Positions 1 through 11,299 of a stretch of 64,000 nucleotides of DNA are shown piece by piece. The DNA is from Azolla caroliniana (taxonomy: Eukaryota; Plantae; Polypodiophyta). How positions within the stretch are numbered: the stretch's first letter is position 1; each line of letters begins with the position of its first letter. The stretch lies in NCBI GenBank assembly GCA_043228905.1, contig JBHGNT010000009.1, positions 13,020,001 to 13,084,000 of the forward strand, written 5' to 3'. The position numbers and the translations under genes were made by a program. The notes beneath the pieces were generated by a model. It saw only the letters and a list, made by a program, of their open reading frames with translations, had not been told where the DNA came from and ran no database searches.

Positions 1-164
1 GGTGCCAACCGGCACCTAATCAGAATCGGTCCGGATCTGGATCGGCATACCGATTCCGGTCCGTCCGTCCATATTAATACAATAATTACAATAGTTCCAA
101 AATAAACTATTCCTTTCACACTCCGGTCTGGACATCCTTAAGCCTTTTTGCCGGCCGGGTAACA
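1..164 (-). repeat. 3' LTR of element A (partial, R-family LTR)
   Basis: High similarity to 9932-10095, ending ...CCGGGTAACA on the plus strand. Confidence 0.93.
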
Positions 165-166
165 CA

Positions 167-206
167 TGGCACGCCCGTGGGACAGTACCTTGTACATCGA
201 ACCCAT
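167..206 (-). other. tRNA-Arg 3'-end-like motif with inserted hairpin at the PPT position (element A)
   Basis: Element sense ATGGGTTCGA-TGTACAAGGTACT-GTCCCACGGGCGTGCCA, 2 nt before the 3' LTR. No purine tract is present. Confidence 0.85.
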
Positions 207-218
207 TATCCGGCCCTG

Positions 219-3200
219 CTACTCTTCGTCTAAAATGTCCAGAATGCTTTGCTCCAGAATTTCCAATGGCTTGTAGTTGTTGCTGCTGTGGCTGCTGTTC
301 CGTTTGTGGCTACTGCGATGGCTGCTCCGTTTGTGCCTTCTCCGTTTGGGGCTGCTGCTCCGTTTGTCGCTCTTGCACCGGCATTTCCTTCGTTGTTTTG
401 TTCGCCGGAGTTGTTGCTGGCTGACCGACCCCAGCTTGGTCCCCGTGTGGTCCTTGTACCGGCGACGATTCCTCATCACTAAGGTTTATCGTTGCCGCTT
501 TCCTTGCTTTTTCTTCCCGAAGCCGGGACCGCTCATAGCTCTCAAACTGGATTTGAGCCTCCAGCCGATCGTCGTCCAGTTGAGCTATGAGCTGTCGGAC
601 CTGTACCAATTGTTCATCCACCATGGCTGTGAAATCTTCAACCAGCTCATCCCTTACGGCGGTGAAGTCCTTTGATGTCAGCGTATAACAGTCGTCACCC
701 TCCTTCCACTGGTTTTCCACATCCGCCCTGAGCAATTGGAGTTCCGCAGTATTCTGCACCCATTTCGTCCACCATCGCACAGAGCTCTCGTCAATCAAGC
801 GTTTGGTCTTAGTGAGCCATGCCTGGAGGATGCACTGGATCCATTCGATTCCCATCCGTGATTTGTTCTCCACGGCTTGTCTCTCCTCTTTCAATTGCTT
901 GATGATTCTGATCGTGTCTGCCTCCTGCTCCCTATAATGCGACAATTGACTTTGATAGGTTGTTTGCAACCTCTGTAACACCATTGTCGCCCTTTCCTTT
1001 TCTTTATGGTTCTGCTTGTGGAGCTCCATCCGGTCCATCGCCGCTTCCTCCAATAGCTTTGAATTCTTAGCTCGTTCGTCAATGAGTGCCGTTGTGGCCC
1101 TATCAACTTCTTGCCGGAGCTCGGCCATCCTTTCCTGCTGTTGCTTATACTCCGCCTCCAGTTGCTTGTAGTCCCGATGCAGATGATCAAAATCATTGGT
1201 CCTCTGCTTCAGCCTCTGGTTGATCTGCCGGCGCGCGCGGTCCTCCTGGTCCTTCTGTTGACGGAGTTCTTCCTTTAGCCTTTCGATTTCCGTCTATGCC
1301 ATCCGTCGCAGCTTGTCTTTCTCCTGCTGCAATTTCTCTTTTTCCTCCTTTAGCCGGTCATAAGCTTGATGTCCTTTACGTAGGTTTTCCTCTGCCCGGT
1401 GGAGGTTCTCAGTAGTCTTCTTTAATTCTTCTTCGGCCGCCTTCTTCAAGTCGCGTTCGCGGCTCCATAATGCTTCTTGTGTGGCAAGTTCGTCTCTTAA
1501 TTCGGCAAGCTCTTGGGCTTGCACCGCATCTTTCTCCGGGACAGTTTCTGTCTCCGGGGTCTTATTCGTATGTACATCCACCGGAGTCACCGGTGCTTGG
1601 ATATGTGTTGCGGTTAAGGCCATTTTGGCCATGTCTTCTGTTACCTGATCCAAGTCTTGTTCGAGGCACCGAATCCTTGACTGGGCCGTCTCTAGTTCAT
1701 TGGTTGTGACTAGCAACCGTTCCATCTGCGCTCGTTCTTCCGCCTCTACGTATCCGACTACTCCGGCAATTTGTTCTCCTATCCACCGAAGCCATTGGCT
1801 GCCGGTGCCCTGTTGTTGCGTCTGCACGGCGGGTTGGCCGATGGGTTCACTTGCTAGTGGCTGGTCCCGCCCTTCTGCGTTGAGCAGCAATTCCGGCTCT
1901 ACTTGTTGACCACTTTGCCGTTCAGGTTCCGGTTGTGTTTCGGTTGGCCACACTTGTTCTGCTTGTTCTTGGCTGGATGAGGAGGTTGGCATTTGTATAA
2001 CCGGCTCTTGAGTTACGGGGCTTGCCAGTGCTGCCTGTTGTACAGGGACTTCTGTGACCGGTTCCATCCGAACCGGTTCCGGTGCCTCCCTTGGCGTGGG
2101 ATTCTCAGTGTGGGTTGCGGGTGTTCCATCCTTCTGTGGGTCCGAACGCTTCACGGGTGATTCTACGGTCCTCTTCACCAGCCGCCGCTGGAGATGCTCC
2201 GTAGGCTCTTCCTTCGTTTCCTCCTCCTGAGTCTCGGCATTCATTCTTGCCACCAGGGTGTCCGTTTCTTGCTGCACCGGTTGGTGGAGTGGGCTCTTCA
2301 GGGGCCGTGCCGGTGTCTCCTCGTGCGTGTCCATCGGCTGCTTCCGGTTGGCGCGCTCCTTTGCCACCTTCTGTGCGTCGACCGTCTTCCCCTTAGTGGC
2401 CTTGGAGGCCAACAACTATTGCCGTTTTGAAGCAGGTTTTGGGGTGCCGTCCGTTGCTCTTCCCCATTTCTTGGTCTGGACGAGCTCGACAGGTGGCGCC
2501 AATAGGGTGAGCCATTGCTTCACCGCATGCCATATTTTCCGGCCTTCTTTGCCTTCCTTACCTCTTACGGTATCAATAGTCACGCACAATCCGTCGGCGA
2601 TCAGCATTGGCCAATCGACCTTGACCCCTTCGTACGTTGCGATAATCAAGCCTGCTCGGTTCTGAGGCTTAACGGGGGGTCGAGGGTATACGTGGCCGAA
2701 ATCATGGAGTACACGGGCAATTTCGCGGAATAACATATCTTCGCCGCCCTGTGTCCTGTAGCCCTTGCTGGCGAGAGAATACTCACCGAAATATTTGATG
2801 AGCTGCTCGGAGGTAGGATTGTCGATCGTGTAGATGCCCCGCTCCGGAAGGCCTGTTAACGCACAAATCGTTTCCTCCGTGATCAGCTCGGTGTCAATGT
2901 CTTTGATAATATTTTCGGCCTCCTTGTGTGGCGCCGCCTCCATGATCGTCAAGAAACCCTCCAGTCCGTGTTGCCGTAGCCATTTCTTGGCGGCTTCAGA
3001 CAGTGTTTGATAGTCCATCTCTGCGTCGAGGTCGGAGAGCGTTGGCAAAGTTTGACGGTGGAGAGAGTGTGAGAGAGAAAGTTCTGAGTGAGGGGGTTCT
3101 CTGTGCATGATCTCTCTTCGATTGATCTTCACACGTCTGTCTGCGTCTGTTCTCCTTGGTTCGCGAAAGAAGAAGGTCTCGATGCGGGGGGCGTTTTCTC

Positions 3201-3297
3201 TCTGCATCTTGGCGCCTTTTTCGAGCCTACGCATGTGCAGGTCGTGTACTATAATAGCATTTCGTGCCATGTGGCGGTGGTTTAATGCCCTATTCAT
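219..3297 (-). pseudogene. Extra ORF3 of element A: globular N-terminal domain, low-complexity linker, long coiled coil, acidic C-terminal motif
   Basis: ORFs 2416-3297, 1294-2415 and 310-1128 share one frame separated by in-frame stops. A frameshift leads to the C-terminus LEQSILDILDEE*. Homologous to 21263-23996. Confidence 0.85.
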
Positions 3298-3424
3298 AGC
3301 CTCCTCGTACCTTTTCGAAGTGCCTCTTTACTCCTTGTTTGCATGGTCGTTCCCACCACTCCTTTGCATGATTTCTTTGATTCGATTTTTTTTTTTTCTT
3401 TTTTTTTTGAAATTAATTGTGTGG

Positions 3425-6400
3425 TTAATTTTTCTCCGGTCCTGTCGGACCCTTACCTGAAACGCGCACCTTGCCAGCCTCTTGACGGTTTGCCGTCGTT
3501 TTGCTCTCCCCGGTTGCCGGCTCATGCTCCTCCTTACCGGCTTGGTGGTAGCCGTTTTCCTCACAGGTTGCCATCTTGGTTGGCCTGCCGGCGTTCGATT
3601 CGGTGTCGACCCTTCGTTCAAATGGGTTCTTGGGCATAGGTCCTTTGCATGGCTTTAGTCTAAATCCGTTGACCCATTTACCCAGCACCTTGCCGGCAAG
3701 TGTCCCTAACTGGTAAGACCCATTGAACCCGCGTGTGATCTAGTACGGTCCGGTCCATCTAAACTGTAGTTTGCCTGGCATTTTACCCATCCAGGTCTGG
3801 AACACTAGTACCGACTTGCCGATTTCAAACATCTTTTCGTTTCCTTTTCGGTGCCGATCTACAAACGCTTTCCGTCGCCGTTGTTCTAATTCCAGGTGCA
3901 TGATGCTCGCCAGTCGGTGTTCTTCTAGTTCACACAGAGCCTTTAATCGAATTGCTTCCGATTCCTTTTCATTAAGTTGTTCCCAAATCTAGATCCGTAA
4001 GCTCGGTACCTGGAACTCAACCGGCATGACTACCTCTAATCCGAATGCTAATCGGAACGGTGTGGTTTGGATGCTTATTTTGTAGGCTGTTTGGTAAGCC
4101 CAGAGTGCACTGTGTAGCTTCGTGTTCCAATCTGTCCGATTCTCATTGACGATCTTGCGCAGGATATTCTGTAGCGTTTTGTTTGTTGACTCAGCTAATC
4201 CGTTGGCTTGTGGGTAGTATGGGGTGCTCCATTTATGTACTACCGCATAAAATGACGTCAAGCTCTCCACTACCTATCCAAGAAAGTGCCCTCCTTGGTC
4301 GCTTATCAGCTCTATGGGGCATCCGTACCGGCACCAAATGTATTCGTATAAGAATTTTGCCGTCGACGCCGCGGTGTTGTCTCGTAGGGCTTTGGCTTCC
4401 ACCCATTTAGTGCAGTAGTCCGTCGCGACGATCACATACCGGTTGCCAGTTCTCATTGCCGGTGGTTTAAATGGTCCGAAAAAATCCAGTTCCCATTTCT
4501 GAAATGGTTCTAGCGGTAGTACTAGCTGGTGCGGCATCCTAGCTTGTTCCATTGGTTGGCCCATTGGCTGGCATAGATCACACTCTTTCGCGTACCGGAC
4601 TGCGTCTTTCAATGTAGTCGGCCACCATAGGCCACTTTGCCATATCTTCCTTGCCGTAGCATCCCCGGCATAATGGCCTCTGGCGACTCCGCAGTGTGCT
4701 TCCCATAGTATTACCTCTTTCTCGTCGTTGCGCACCACTCGTCACCATATACCATCCGCACCTTTGTGGTATAGCGTGTCCCGTAATAAACAAAAGTGCC
4801 GGCTTTGTACCGCCAGGCGTTTCCTCTCGTCCCGGTTCATCTCCTCCAGAAGCAATCTGGTGCTCAGAAATTGGTGCATATTTGTTAGCCACTTATCTTC
4901 TGGTGCCACCGTTTCATTTGTTGCCGTTTCCGCGGTGACTCAAAATAGCTCAGCATCCGGAAATTCGTCCGGTACTCCGTCGCCGGTTTCGCCGGAATCT
5001 AACCGGCTTAAATAATCTGCTACCGCATGTTGTATGCTGGGTCGGTGGAATATCTCGAATTTGAATTCCTGTAATAGCAAAGTCCACCGGGCCAACTTAC
5101 CAGTAAGTGACGCTTTGGACACTAGGTAGAGGAGTGCCGAATGATCTACATGGAAGGAAAACTTTCTTCCCAATAAATAATGCCTGAATTTTGTTACGCT
5201 GTAGATCATGCCTAAAGCTTCCCTTTCTGTGGTGGAATAATTTTGTTCGGCTTGGGATAACTTCCGGCTTGTGTAATATACGGGCCGGTACCATCTTGGC
5301 TCTGTAAGTTGTATCAACGCACTCCCGATTGCAATGTCAGACGCATCCACGAACACATGAAATTCCTTCGCCCAATCTGGGGGTTGCACTACCGGCGCTT
5401 GCGACAATAGAACTTTGAGTGCCCGGTACGCCTTGTCTTCGGTGTCGGTCCACTAGAACGGTGTTCGGTGTACCGCAGCATGCAGTGGTGTAGCTAGGTC
5501 CGCCAAATACCGGAGCATTCGGCTATGCCAACGGATTTGGCCTAAGAAACGGCTCAATGCCTTTGCCGTTGTTGGTGCCGGTGCCTCCAGGATTGCTTTT
5601 ACTTTGTCCGGATCCATGACAATGCCTTCCTTGCTCACAATGTGCCCTAGTAGCATTCCGCTGGACACGCCGAATACACACTTCGCCGGATTCAGGCTTA
5701 GCCGGTAAGTCCTACACTTTTCTAGACACAGTCGGAGGTGCTGAAGGTGGTCTCCTTCCCGGCTGTAAATGGCGAAGTCGTCGAGGAACACCTGCATGAA
5801 TGCCGGTATGAATTCTCCGAATATTTCCATGATGATCCTCTAGAACGTTGCCGGTGCCGTTTTTAGTCCGAACATCATCACTACGGCAACAAACACTCCT
5901 CATTCATTGACGAAAGCCGTTTTTTCTTGGTCATCGGGGTGCATCCGGATCTGGTTGTATCCGCTGAATCCGTCAAAAAAACTATATACCTCATGGCCGG
6001 CGACTGCGTCCAAAACTCCATTCGTAAATGGAAGTGGAAATGCATCAGTTACCGTTGCCGCATTAAGCTTCCGGTAGTCGACACATACTCTAATTTTGCC
6101 GTTTTACTTTGGTACGACTACTATCGCGCTCAGCCATGTAGATTTCTTTACGGGACGGATAAAGCCAACCCTCAGCAACTTGTCGATTTCCTCCTTCACT
6201 TTGGCGACGTAGTTTGGATTCATCCGGTACTGTCGCTGTGCTACCGGTTTGGCGTCTTTGCTCAAATGTATCTGATGTTGACATAGCTGAGGATCAAGCC
6301 CTCTCATATCCTCATAGGACCTGGCAAACACGTCCCCAAACTCTTTGAGAGTTGTAATCATCGCCGTTCTGTTCTCCGCAGTCATTTGCTTGGCTATCTG

Positions 6401-7677
6401 CATCGGTCTCGCCTCTTCCGTAGTTCCTAGATTTACCTCCTCTAGTTGGGATGCTTTAACCCTTTGTGATACGGCCATTTCTCTTTCCAGCGCTTCTTGT
6501 GCTTGCCGTAGCTCCCAGATCACTTCTTTATTTGGTTCTTCATCCGCTCCGTCTGGTGGGACTATGTATGGTGATATGGCTTCAGCTACGTCGATTTCGA
6601 ATAGAGGTACTATCTTCGGATTATCTTGCAAATATTGATCCACCTCTTCGTCTGCTAATCCGTCCAGCATATTGACACATTCGGCATATAGGGGTGTCAA
6701 TTCCTTCCCGGTACCCGTCTGTGGTTGTGTCGGTACCCGTACTTTTGCTTTTCCCCGCCGGAAGGTGATTATATTCTTCCTCCAGTTTTGTTAAATGTGC
6801 GGTGTTTTTAGCCACGGCCGCCCCAACAATAGCGGGTAAGCTCCTTGTGCTTGTAATTGTAGCACTACTGCTGAGATGCGAAATGTGTGGCCGCCGATTG
6901 TTACTTCCAAGTCTCGTATCAAGCCGGTCGGTCGCACTGAGGTTGTATCCGTCATCCGTAGCCAGAACGGGCATGGTTCCCACTCTTGGATTCCCAAGGT
7001 TGTGCATGTTCGGAGGCTAATCACAGTGATCCACCTCTTCGTCTGCTAATCCGTCCAGCATATTGACACATTCGGCATATAGGGGTGTCAATTCCTTCCC
7101 GGTACCCGTCTGTGGTTGTGTCGGTACCCGTACTTTTGCTTTTCCCCGCCGGAAGGTGATTATATTCTTCCTCCAGTTTTGTTAAATGTGCGGTGTTTTT
7201 AGCCACGGCCGCCCCAACAATAGCGGGTAAGCTCCTTGTGCTTGTAATTGTAGCACTACTGCTGAGATGCGAAATGTGTGGCCGCCGATTGTTACTTCCA
7301 AGTCTCGTATCAAGCCGGTCGGTCGCACTGAGCTTGTATCCGTCATCCGTAGCCAGAACGGGCATGGTTCCCACTCTTGGATTCCCAAGGTTGTGCATGT
7401 TCGGAGGCTAATCACATTGATGCCAGATCCTCCATCTATTACTGTTCCGGGTAACTCCTTTCCCTTCACGATGGCTGTGATGGTCGGACTGTTTGTGTCT
7501 ACCACCGCCAGTCCCTCCTCTGGATTTAAGAAGAATATTGATGCCGGTGGTGTTTCTCCTGCCGTCATGCCTGTCTTGAGTCCTTCTGTGAATCTAGGCA
7601 CTAGTTGCAGGAGCCGTCCTAATGGCAGCGTGATTTGGCACTCTTGCAATGCCTGCCATGTCGCATTTTCGGTCTGA
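3425..7677 (-). pseudogene. pol: pol of element A (protease, RT, RNase H, integrase)
   Basis: Protease VIDGGSGIN, RT VFLDDF, RNase H HVFVDAS..NYSTTEREAL..VDHSAL, integrase H-H-C-C, WELDFFGP, SDQG, PQANGLAE. Many stops and frameshifts. Confidence 0.95.
6636..7416. repeat. Tandem duplication, 391-bp period, in the protease/RT linker
   Basis: 6636-7025 is repeated at 7027-7416 almost identically, with ATTGAT-like microhomology at the junction. Confidence 0.95.
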
Positions 7678-9660
7678 CTGCTGTCGGCGAGCTCTTCGGT
7701 GTTCTCCTTTTGCTATGCAAGTTTTGCTACGTTTCGCTCATTTGCCTTTTTCACCCATTCCGTTGCCTGCTTCCGGATGGCCTCTTGTGTCTCCCATTCC
7801 GTCACCTTGCCCTTCGACCTTGTGGTAAGCTGTTGCAGGTCTGCGACTTCGGCGACTACCATGTTTACTGCCGGTCGCTTGTCATAGCTCTTTGCTGGAC
7901 ATTGATTACTATAATGTCCTTCTTGCCGGTAATAATAGCAATATGCTTTCCGAGTATTGCTGGATTCGGCATTGTTTCCTATACCCGGTGGAGGACCTGT
8001 GGTAACCGCGGGGCTTTGGTCTGGTTGGCTGCTTGAGGCGCCTTTTTCCGGTTCATGTGGGTGGTTCCCTTTTTTGAACTGCCATTTTTTATTAAAGTTC
8101 TTTTTGTTGCGGTACTCTTGACGGGGTTGGTCGTCATATCTCCCGTAATCTTCCCGTTGTTGGTGATACCGGGGGGAGTGATCCTGGTTGTAATGCTCGT
8201 ACCGTCTATTGTAATCTCGGTACCTGTCATATCTCTCGTACCGGTCATAGTTGTCTCGCCGATCGCCGTACCGGACATCCTGTGCCGGTCGATATCGCTC
8301 CTCTCGCCGCCAACGTTCGTCTTCTTCGTCACGACTGCTACATGGCTCGATTTGCCGGACTGGTGGTGCTTGCCGATTCAATAAGTTATATTCGCACCGG
8401 TCCATCGTGTGGGTCGTAGATTGGCAGAGTAAGCAGTGCGTTCGCATGGTGCACTCCAGTGCCAAGTGTCCGGAATTTTAGCAAGTCGTGCATTGGATTG
8501 CTTGCCGGAACCAGAGATCCTCATCAATTGGTAACGCTCGTTGGAGGGCTCCCATTGTTAGCCAAGAGCTCGTTTTCTCCATTTCTCTAACCCGGTCGAT
8601 GACTTGGTCGACGGTGCTTGTGCGAAAGTCGATGACCGTGCATACCGTTCATCGAGGTTCCCGGAGCGCGGCTAAGAATATAGCTCGTGTTTCTTCCTCC
8701 GGAGGTGTTCGGGTAAGCTGATTGTGCATCCGTTAAAACCGGATGACAAACTGCGGAATGCTCTCCCCAGGGTCCTGCCGGATGGTATAAAATAGGCCCA
8801 CCATTTCTCTCTGGTCCACCTCCTTCTAAAAGAAGTGCAAGAATTTATCTTTTAGGTCCGCAAAGGTGGTGATGGTGCTGGGGTCCTATGTCCGGTGCCA
8901 TCTGGCGGCCGGTCCTTCCAATGTAACGCCGAATTCGGCTATCTTAGATCGTTCCTCTTTAGCCGCGGTTAACTGTTGTGACACATGGTTCGCCTCCCAT
9001 GTTTGTTGAAATGCATGAACATGAGCCTTCGCGTCCGGGTCATCCCTATACTTGGAGTACTGGAATGGCATGTCGTCGTCCGGTGTCGGTACGCGGGCTA
9101 GCGGTGTCAATGGTCTTTCCTGCTGTTCCGTCGTCGTCAGAGGTCTTTGCCGGTCGTCCTTTCGTGTTGCCAGATCGACTTCCGGTGTCGGAGGTCTTTC
9201 TTTGTCTTCTTCTGTCTCCGGAGGTTGCTCCACGTCTAGTGCTAGGGGTTCCCGGTCTGACAACTCTGGTTCTGGTGTCGGTAATGTATCCAACTCCTTG
9301 TCCTCCGGTCCTCCTGGGGTGTCGTTACTGCTACGATAGTTCGTGTGCGCGCTGTAACCCCCTCCCGAATCCGATTCTAGCGCTGAAAATGCTTCGGATT
9401 CGCCATCTCTTCCGGCCAAGGCCTGGAGAAGGGATTCCGCTTCCCGGAGACTGCTTAAGCTGCTTCCTTCGTCCGGGTAGGCATTTTGTTGCAGACGGAG
9501 CGACTCCTCTGCCACTTTGCGGATCACTTTGGAAAATGATCGATCCGATCAAATTTCTTCCACTGCTTGCTGGAAAGCCTCTCTCCGCCTTTGCCGTTCA
9601 GCAAGTCTTCGTGCTCTCTCCGTTACCGGGTCGTCTGTTGGCCTGTTCACTGCGATTGTG
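7650..9660 (-). pseudogene. gag: gag of element A
   Basis: Capsid-like AHVHAFQQTWEAN..FGVTLEGPAARW and zinc knuckles (CLLCQSTTHTMDRC; CYYYRQEGHYSNQC). Interrupted by stops. Confidence 0.85.
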
Positions 9661-9666
9661 CAGGAA

Positions 9667-9678
9667 TCGTGGTCGCCA
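9667..9678 (-). promoter_or_regulatory. Primer-binding site, probably tRNA-Arg(UCG)
   Basis: TGGCGACCACGA lies 7 nt (CCGTTTT) after the 5' LTR. The tRNA assignment is from recalled tRNA-Arg 3' ends. Confidence 0.75.
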
Positions 9679-9685
9679 AAAACGG

Positions 9686-10095
9686 TGTTAAACCTAGGGC
9701 CGGACAACAGCCTAACACAGGGTGTCCACTTAAGACACTTCACCAAAGGGTGTTACGACAGGATGACTTACGACACAATGCTTAATTAGACCTTAATTGG
9801 TTACTTAGCAATACGTAGTATAGAACGGTAATCAATACTGAAAGGTTAAGGCAATAAGTTCTATTAATTATCCGCTGTCAATTACATTGTAACCGGGCCT
9901 TTATATAGGTCTCCGGTGCGAAGTACAAAACGGTGCCAACCGACACCTATTCGGAATCGGTCCGGATCCGGATCGGCATATCGATTCCGGTCCGTCCATC
10001 CATATTAATAAAATAATTACAACAATTCCCAAATAAACTATTCCTTTCACACTCTGGTCTGGACATCCTTAAGGCTTCTTGCCATCCGGGTAACA
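9686..10095 (-). repeat. 5' LTR of element A (R-family, 410 bp)
   Basis: TGTTA...TAACA inverted ends, a TATATAA box near 9901-9907 on the minus strand, and homologues at 29486 and 55955. Confidence 0.95.
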
Positions 10096-10717
10096 ATCGG
10101 GAAGTCCTTGTGTGTAGAATCCGGCGGTGGTACATTCGCTCCTTCCATGTAGCTCCAGTATTTGTGCCCGAGCAGGTACTTATGCATTTTATACGACCAG
10201 GATGCATAGTTGCTCCAGTCGAGCTTTTTTGTTGGAAGCGAGCTCGCCATGCTTTTGTCCATACTTCCCTTTTCGATCTTTACCGGTGATTAGGGTTTGT
10301 CCATTTCGAGCAGTTGTCAGTAACAGAGGTTCTCAACCCTCGCGCTTTGATAGCATGTGAAGAATAGCATGCGGAAGCTTGTAGACAAACCGGTTCAGCT
10401 GGATTACAACAATAAAATAGAGAATTAAGGTTTAATGGAAGCTTAAGAACAGAGAATACACAAGAGAGACAGAGAGAGAGCAGAAAGCATAAACTCAATT
10501 AAAAAAATAGCACTTTGTACATAGAATGTGCTCAGAGAGCATTTTATACAAGTCCTTACACGGACTGATAGAAGTACTGATAAGTACTTCAATGCTCATA
10601 CGAGCGACTGTCACTGACTCCTAAAAATTTGGCTACGTACTAGGCTAGATTCGTAAGCCTCTAATGGCCCACTGGTTCCAATCTGATCCGGATCCGGTTG
10701 AGCTTGTCCGCTCAACA
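10096..10717 (-). mobile_element. Ty1/Copia 5' end (LTR 10356-10717, degenerate Met-i PBS, gag start), interrupted by element A
   Basis: TGTTG...TTCACA LTR, then TGCTATCAAAGC (degenerate TGGTATCAGAGC), then gag KLDWSNYASWSYKMHKYLLG. Confidence 0.85.
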
Positions 10718-11299
10718 ACCAACAGGTCCTCAAACATTCTTCCACACATATCTATTCACAATCCCCACATGCTACAACATCCAAAAATTCCACATGAGAA
10801 TGCATTTCAACTTTTTAACATAGGCTTTGACATCATGTCTACCATTGAACATGAGAATATCACACATTCCAATTGTGTTGCAATCCTTAATATTGTAAAA
10901 TGCGTAACAATATCTCTAACTCGTCATTTGGACCATTTTGACCATACTAAGCAACAATCCATCGCTAAAGGATCAAATTACAATGGAATAACGCTTACCA
11001 AATCTCTGATAAGTACTTCCAAATTATATGAGTTACAGGGCAATTGATGAACCTATATGTACAATCTTCGAACGTAATGTTGTAAACGGAGCATGCGATC
11101 GTGTAACGGAAATCGTAGTGTTGGTTGAAGAAACCATTTCTTTTGTTTGGTAAGAATTGGTGGGTTCATTAAAATATGAATATTATAGTGTTCCTAAATA
11201 TATAGATTCTAAATTGCTCAAACAAATAGTACATTGGAAGCTTTGGAGTTGCCTTCCAGTTTATCTGATTGGTAGATTGTAGGATAATATGGAAGTTTT

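Larger units (their letters stand above)
1..10095 (-). mobile_element. Ty3/Gypsy LTR retrotransposon A (non-chromovirus type, gag-PR-RT-RH-INT plus extra ORF), near full length, decayed
   Basis: Matching LTR copies at 1-164 (cut by the window edge) and 9686-10095. PBS at 9667-9678. The minus-strand ORF fragments are in Gypsy domain order. The element is inserted into the gag of a Copia element. Confidence 0.95.

Noticed and set aside
167-206. A real tRNA gene or SINE at the motif sites
   Set aside because: Only the T-arm and acceptor 3' strand with encoded CCA are present. There is no D-arm, anticodon arm or A box, and the position is fixed relative to the LTR.
1-206. Reading LTR + TGGCACGCCC as the 5' end of a plus-strand element
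   Set aside because: gag-pol, ORF3 and the LTR TATA box all run on the minus strand, and a separate PBS lies at 9667-9678. The same geometry holds in B, C and S.
219-3297. ORF3 as an envelope gene
   Set aside because: No signal peptide or hydrophobic transmembrane stretch is visible. The protein is charged and coiled-coil.
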